From Paecilomyces variotii (lineage: Eukaryota), in assembly GCA_004022145.1 (NCBI GenBank), contig RCNU01000003.1: a stretch of DNA of 64,000 nucleotides; one strand, 5' to 3'. Shown here in pieces: positions 60,794-64,000 of this stretch. Below the pieces are notes generated by a model that was given only the letters and a program-made list of their open reading frames with translations, did no database searches and was not told where the DNA came from. Numbering within the stretch: the first letter of the stretch is position 1; every line of letters begins with the position of its first letter. Both the position numbers and the translations under genes were made by a program.

Positions 60794-63313
60794 TCAGACC
60801 GTCGTGCCCTCGGGGTAAACCGAGTTGGTGTGATCGGGGCCCGAGTTGGGGATGCCGGGGTCCCCGGATACGCCCCCGACAATCTTGTCCATCAGGTCAT
60901 CGGAAGGCATCATGCCTTCCAGTCCGTTTCCGGTCCGCTGCTCGCGCGATACGGGAACCTGATGGTGCTGGCTGGGGTACTGCAGGTGGGTGTAACCGCC
61001 GTTGCTGGCGTTAAGGTCGCCGTGAATGCCGGTCTGATGCGAGTCCCAGAGTGGCGCTTGCCCGTGTGCCATATCATCAATCGGGGTACCGGTAGGTGGT
61101 CCGAAGATGGAGTGCAGCACACTGTTATCGTGTGCTCTGGTGTGCTGTTGCTGGGGAGGCATGTAGTGGCCATCGGGAGCAATGGTGTATCCGGCATAAT
61201 GGGACTGGGAGAAGGGAATATCGTGCAGGTTGATCATCGGCTGTCCAGCGGTTGTAACACTGATGCTGCTGGCCTGAGTGGTCTCCTGATGCAGACCGGG
61301 GAAAGGGTCCAGAACGGAGCTCGCTGCGGTCTTGTCCCCGTAGCCATCCTCTGCCTTTGAGATAGAGTTCAGAAAGTCATAGGATCCCTGAGAAGGGAAC
61401 ATATTAGGGACACTTTCATGGGTCTCCTGATAGATGGGCCAGTGATGCTGGACGTTCTGGCCCGGGTGGAGGAGATCATGATGCTGAGGAGGCTGGTATA
61501 CCTGCTGAGGCTGCTTCGACATCACCGATTCCAGCGCCAGCGGAGGCAGATCGACTCCCGTGTGGGTTCGCGGGCTGTTGGTCGTGCTCCGGTCTGGAGG
61601 AGGAATCAGCCTTCTCCATGTTGTGGTGCCAACCTCTCCGGGGCGCGTCTGGCGGAATTTCCAGAGCAGAACAGCCATCCGCTTGCTCTCATCACCATGA
61701 CTGGCCGAGAAATTGGAAAGCCGGCGGTGGCTGGGCGGAACCGCTCGTAGCTCTTGCACCGCAGAGAGGGAGCGGAAGAACTGCCTGGTGTGCTCATCAG
61801 CCGCGTGGGCAGCTTCAGGCTGGCCGGAGTCTTCGGCCAACCGCTTCTCCTGAGTGAGCTGGGTGAAGAGCGTAGCCCACCACGAAGACTCAAAAAGAGG
61901 CTTGACCTTCGTAGACGATGCCTTCTGGAGATCGTGATATGTCTCCAGCATCTTCTGTCCATCTTCGTAGATATTCGTGCTGCATGTCCACTCTCTCATC
62001 TGGCTAACCATGGAGACATCTCCAGCAGTGGGATGAGCAAAGTCAAGGTCCAGCTGAATTCCAAGTCTGGATCCTGATGGAGGAAAGTCTCCCATCAGCT
62101 GTAGGTTCACCTCGAGGAGAATGATATCGCAGTCCAGGGGACCGTTGATGTCATCAATTAAAGAGGCAAGGTGAGGAAAAGACTCCCGCCATCCGATGAG
62201 ATTCTCCAAGGGCATAGGCAGCGTTGCTGGGCGGTGCTGGTCTCCCTGGAGGCGGGTGTACACATGCAAGGCCTTGTCGATGCGGTTTGCCTGCTGAGGG
62301 GCACTCACCCACATGTCGAAGTTGAATGCATGGATCAAGTGAGTGTTGGCATCATGGATATTAGATCCAAGGGTGAGGTGCGGCGGCGGTAGCTCCCCGC
62401 TGTAAGGCTGCACCGCACCGGCGTGGTCATGGTAGGTAGATGGAAGGTGAGCACTATAGCTTCTCGGTATTTGGTGGTCAAAGGAGCTCCTATACTGCGG
62501 ACCACTGGTCTGCGGTTGGCTGCCAGAGCCCTCTGGCTTTTCGCGGACGAGCCTCTCCCCTATACGTCTAATGTTAGCGTTCTGTCATCTCCGCACCATA
62601 TATGTATGTACATGGTGCTAATATGCATTGACTTACATTCAGGGTCGCCCTTGAGGAAGGAATCCAACACCTGGAGGTGACTGGACACTTGCTTCCTTGT
62701 TCTTCTCTTACCGGTCAAGCGATAGATGTACTCCGCAATGAGTTCATTACGGCCATATGACTTTCCACGCTCCGACCACTTTCTTCGACCCATAGGAGGG
62801 TTGGCCTCCAACGCTATATCACATTGTTAGTATAGGAGCTAATGCCAAGAGTGAGGGGAATATCTAACCCTGCTGGAAGGCATCTTCCAAAGCATCAGAC
62901 CAGACAGGCTCGCCATCTTTGCCTGTATCCCGTCGAGGTCTTGCCCGGTATTCAAGATACTTCTGGGACTTCAGGTAGCTCCTCTTCCGGGAACCGTTGG
63001 ACGTCGGCAGAGGCGGACCAGCAGACTGCAGTCGTCGAAGCTTCTTCTGCTGCAGACGAGCCGCGAGGGCCTGCTGGCTCAGGTTTGGAGCCGACACTGT
63101 GTGAGGAAGAGGGTGAGGTGGTTGAGGATACTTGTAGGGCAGCTGCTGGACTTGGTCTTCACCACAAGTTACATTGCCGTTTCCAACGTGATCTGAGTAT
63201 AACTGAGCATTACCAGAGGTGTTCTGTAAAGCTCGACCAGAGCCTGCTCCCACACTCTCCAGCGCCGGCGGGTTCTGAGGGAGCATACACCCAGGTTGCC
63301 ACTCGGTAGCCAT
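60794..63313 (-). CDS. abaA: Conidiation transcription factor AbaA (TEA/ATTS domain), 3 exons
   Basis: MATEWQP...; [94 protein letters not shown]. Confidence 0.96.
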
Positions 63314-63341
63314 GGAGCGGACCGGGCAAGAAGCTCTCAGA

Positions 63342-63955
63342 AGAATGGTGAATTCCAGAGAAAAAGGAGAGGACGGACCACAAGTGCCAACGGCCGAGTA
63401 GGGCACGCAAAACACAGGTCACGGAAACAATTCAAGAACGTAAATGCTCGAAGAGAATGTTAGCAGATGGGAAGGAGAATGTGGGAGCAGGCAGCATGGT
63501 GTTTATAGGACCCGATATCTCGCCTGGAGAGGGGGGTGACCGGAGCTCCAACTAGCCTGATAGAACAACTTGATTGTTTAGACACTCCTTCGACAGCAAC
63601 CTCGATGTCCCTGGGCGGGACCGTGTCGTGATAGTCGCCCATTCGGGAGGGAGGGCGAGGAGAACTGGAGATAGTGGCTGTCCTTGCCGCACCGATTGAG
63701 CTGCGAGGAAAGGGCACGATGTGAACGAGCCAAATTGAAGCAAGGGGTCCACGACCGCACGATCCAGTTAACAAACGCGCGGAGATTTTTGACAGAACAG
63801 AGTTGACGTACAACTGAATGACTAAGGCAGGTACACAATGAGGATGGTGGGTTGGGGTGGCAATTCGATATTGAAGAATGTTAGACGACCAACTGTATCG
63901 CAAACCGCCAGTGCCGAAGAATGTAGAAGTAATGACCAGAAGATTAATTGGAATG
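63342..63955 (-). promoter_or_regulatory. Clustered AbaA response elements (CATTCY) and BrlA-type sites upstream of abaA
   Basis: RGAATG on the + strand at 63342, 63454, 63476, 63875, 63918 and 63950; MRAGGGR at 63528-63534 and 63741-63747. Confidence 0.65.
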
Positions 63956-64000
63956 TAGGCGGAGGCATAGACCCGTGCTCAGGTTGTCCATCATCTCCGC

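Noticed and set aside
1-64000. CRISPR arrays, intact transposons, rRNA genes or secondary-metabolite backbone genes
   Set aside because: None seen: no repeat-spacer array, transposase/RT motifs, terminal repeats or PKS/NRPS domains.

Overview
Gene-dense, intron-containing genomic DNA from a filamentous ascomycete. Eurotiales (Aspergillus/Paecilomyces-like) is inferred from abaA, GT..CTRAY..YAG introns and protein similarity. About 23 protein-coding genes are supported: Ada3/Ngg1 (3' end only), Npr2, a conserved hypothetical, Artemis-like beta-CASP nuclease, urease, an HMG-box protein, a secreted Ser/Ala-repeat protein with half a trypsin fold, Mcr1, Rpl20, Csn12, a BTB protein, Rmd5, Stb2/6, Tim10, mitochondrial LysRS, a 2OG-Fe(II) oxygenase, Clr2, Pxa1, Psr1, Sds22, a hypothetical, xylose reductase and AbaA. 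Most of the window is housekeeping. The most notable items are: (1) an intronic box C/D snoRNA (snR72-like, LSU Am876 guide) in the mitochondrial LysRS gene; (2) a candidate H/ACA-like structured RNA in a 710-nt clr2 intron; (3) an accessory-looking island at 16-21 kb, where RIP-like decayed DNA lies next to a secreted His6 / half-trypsin / Ser-Ala-repeat protein; (4) a xylose reductase with a natural IPKSD coenzyme motif. All family calls come from motif recognition without database searches, and exon boundaries were read by eye.
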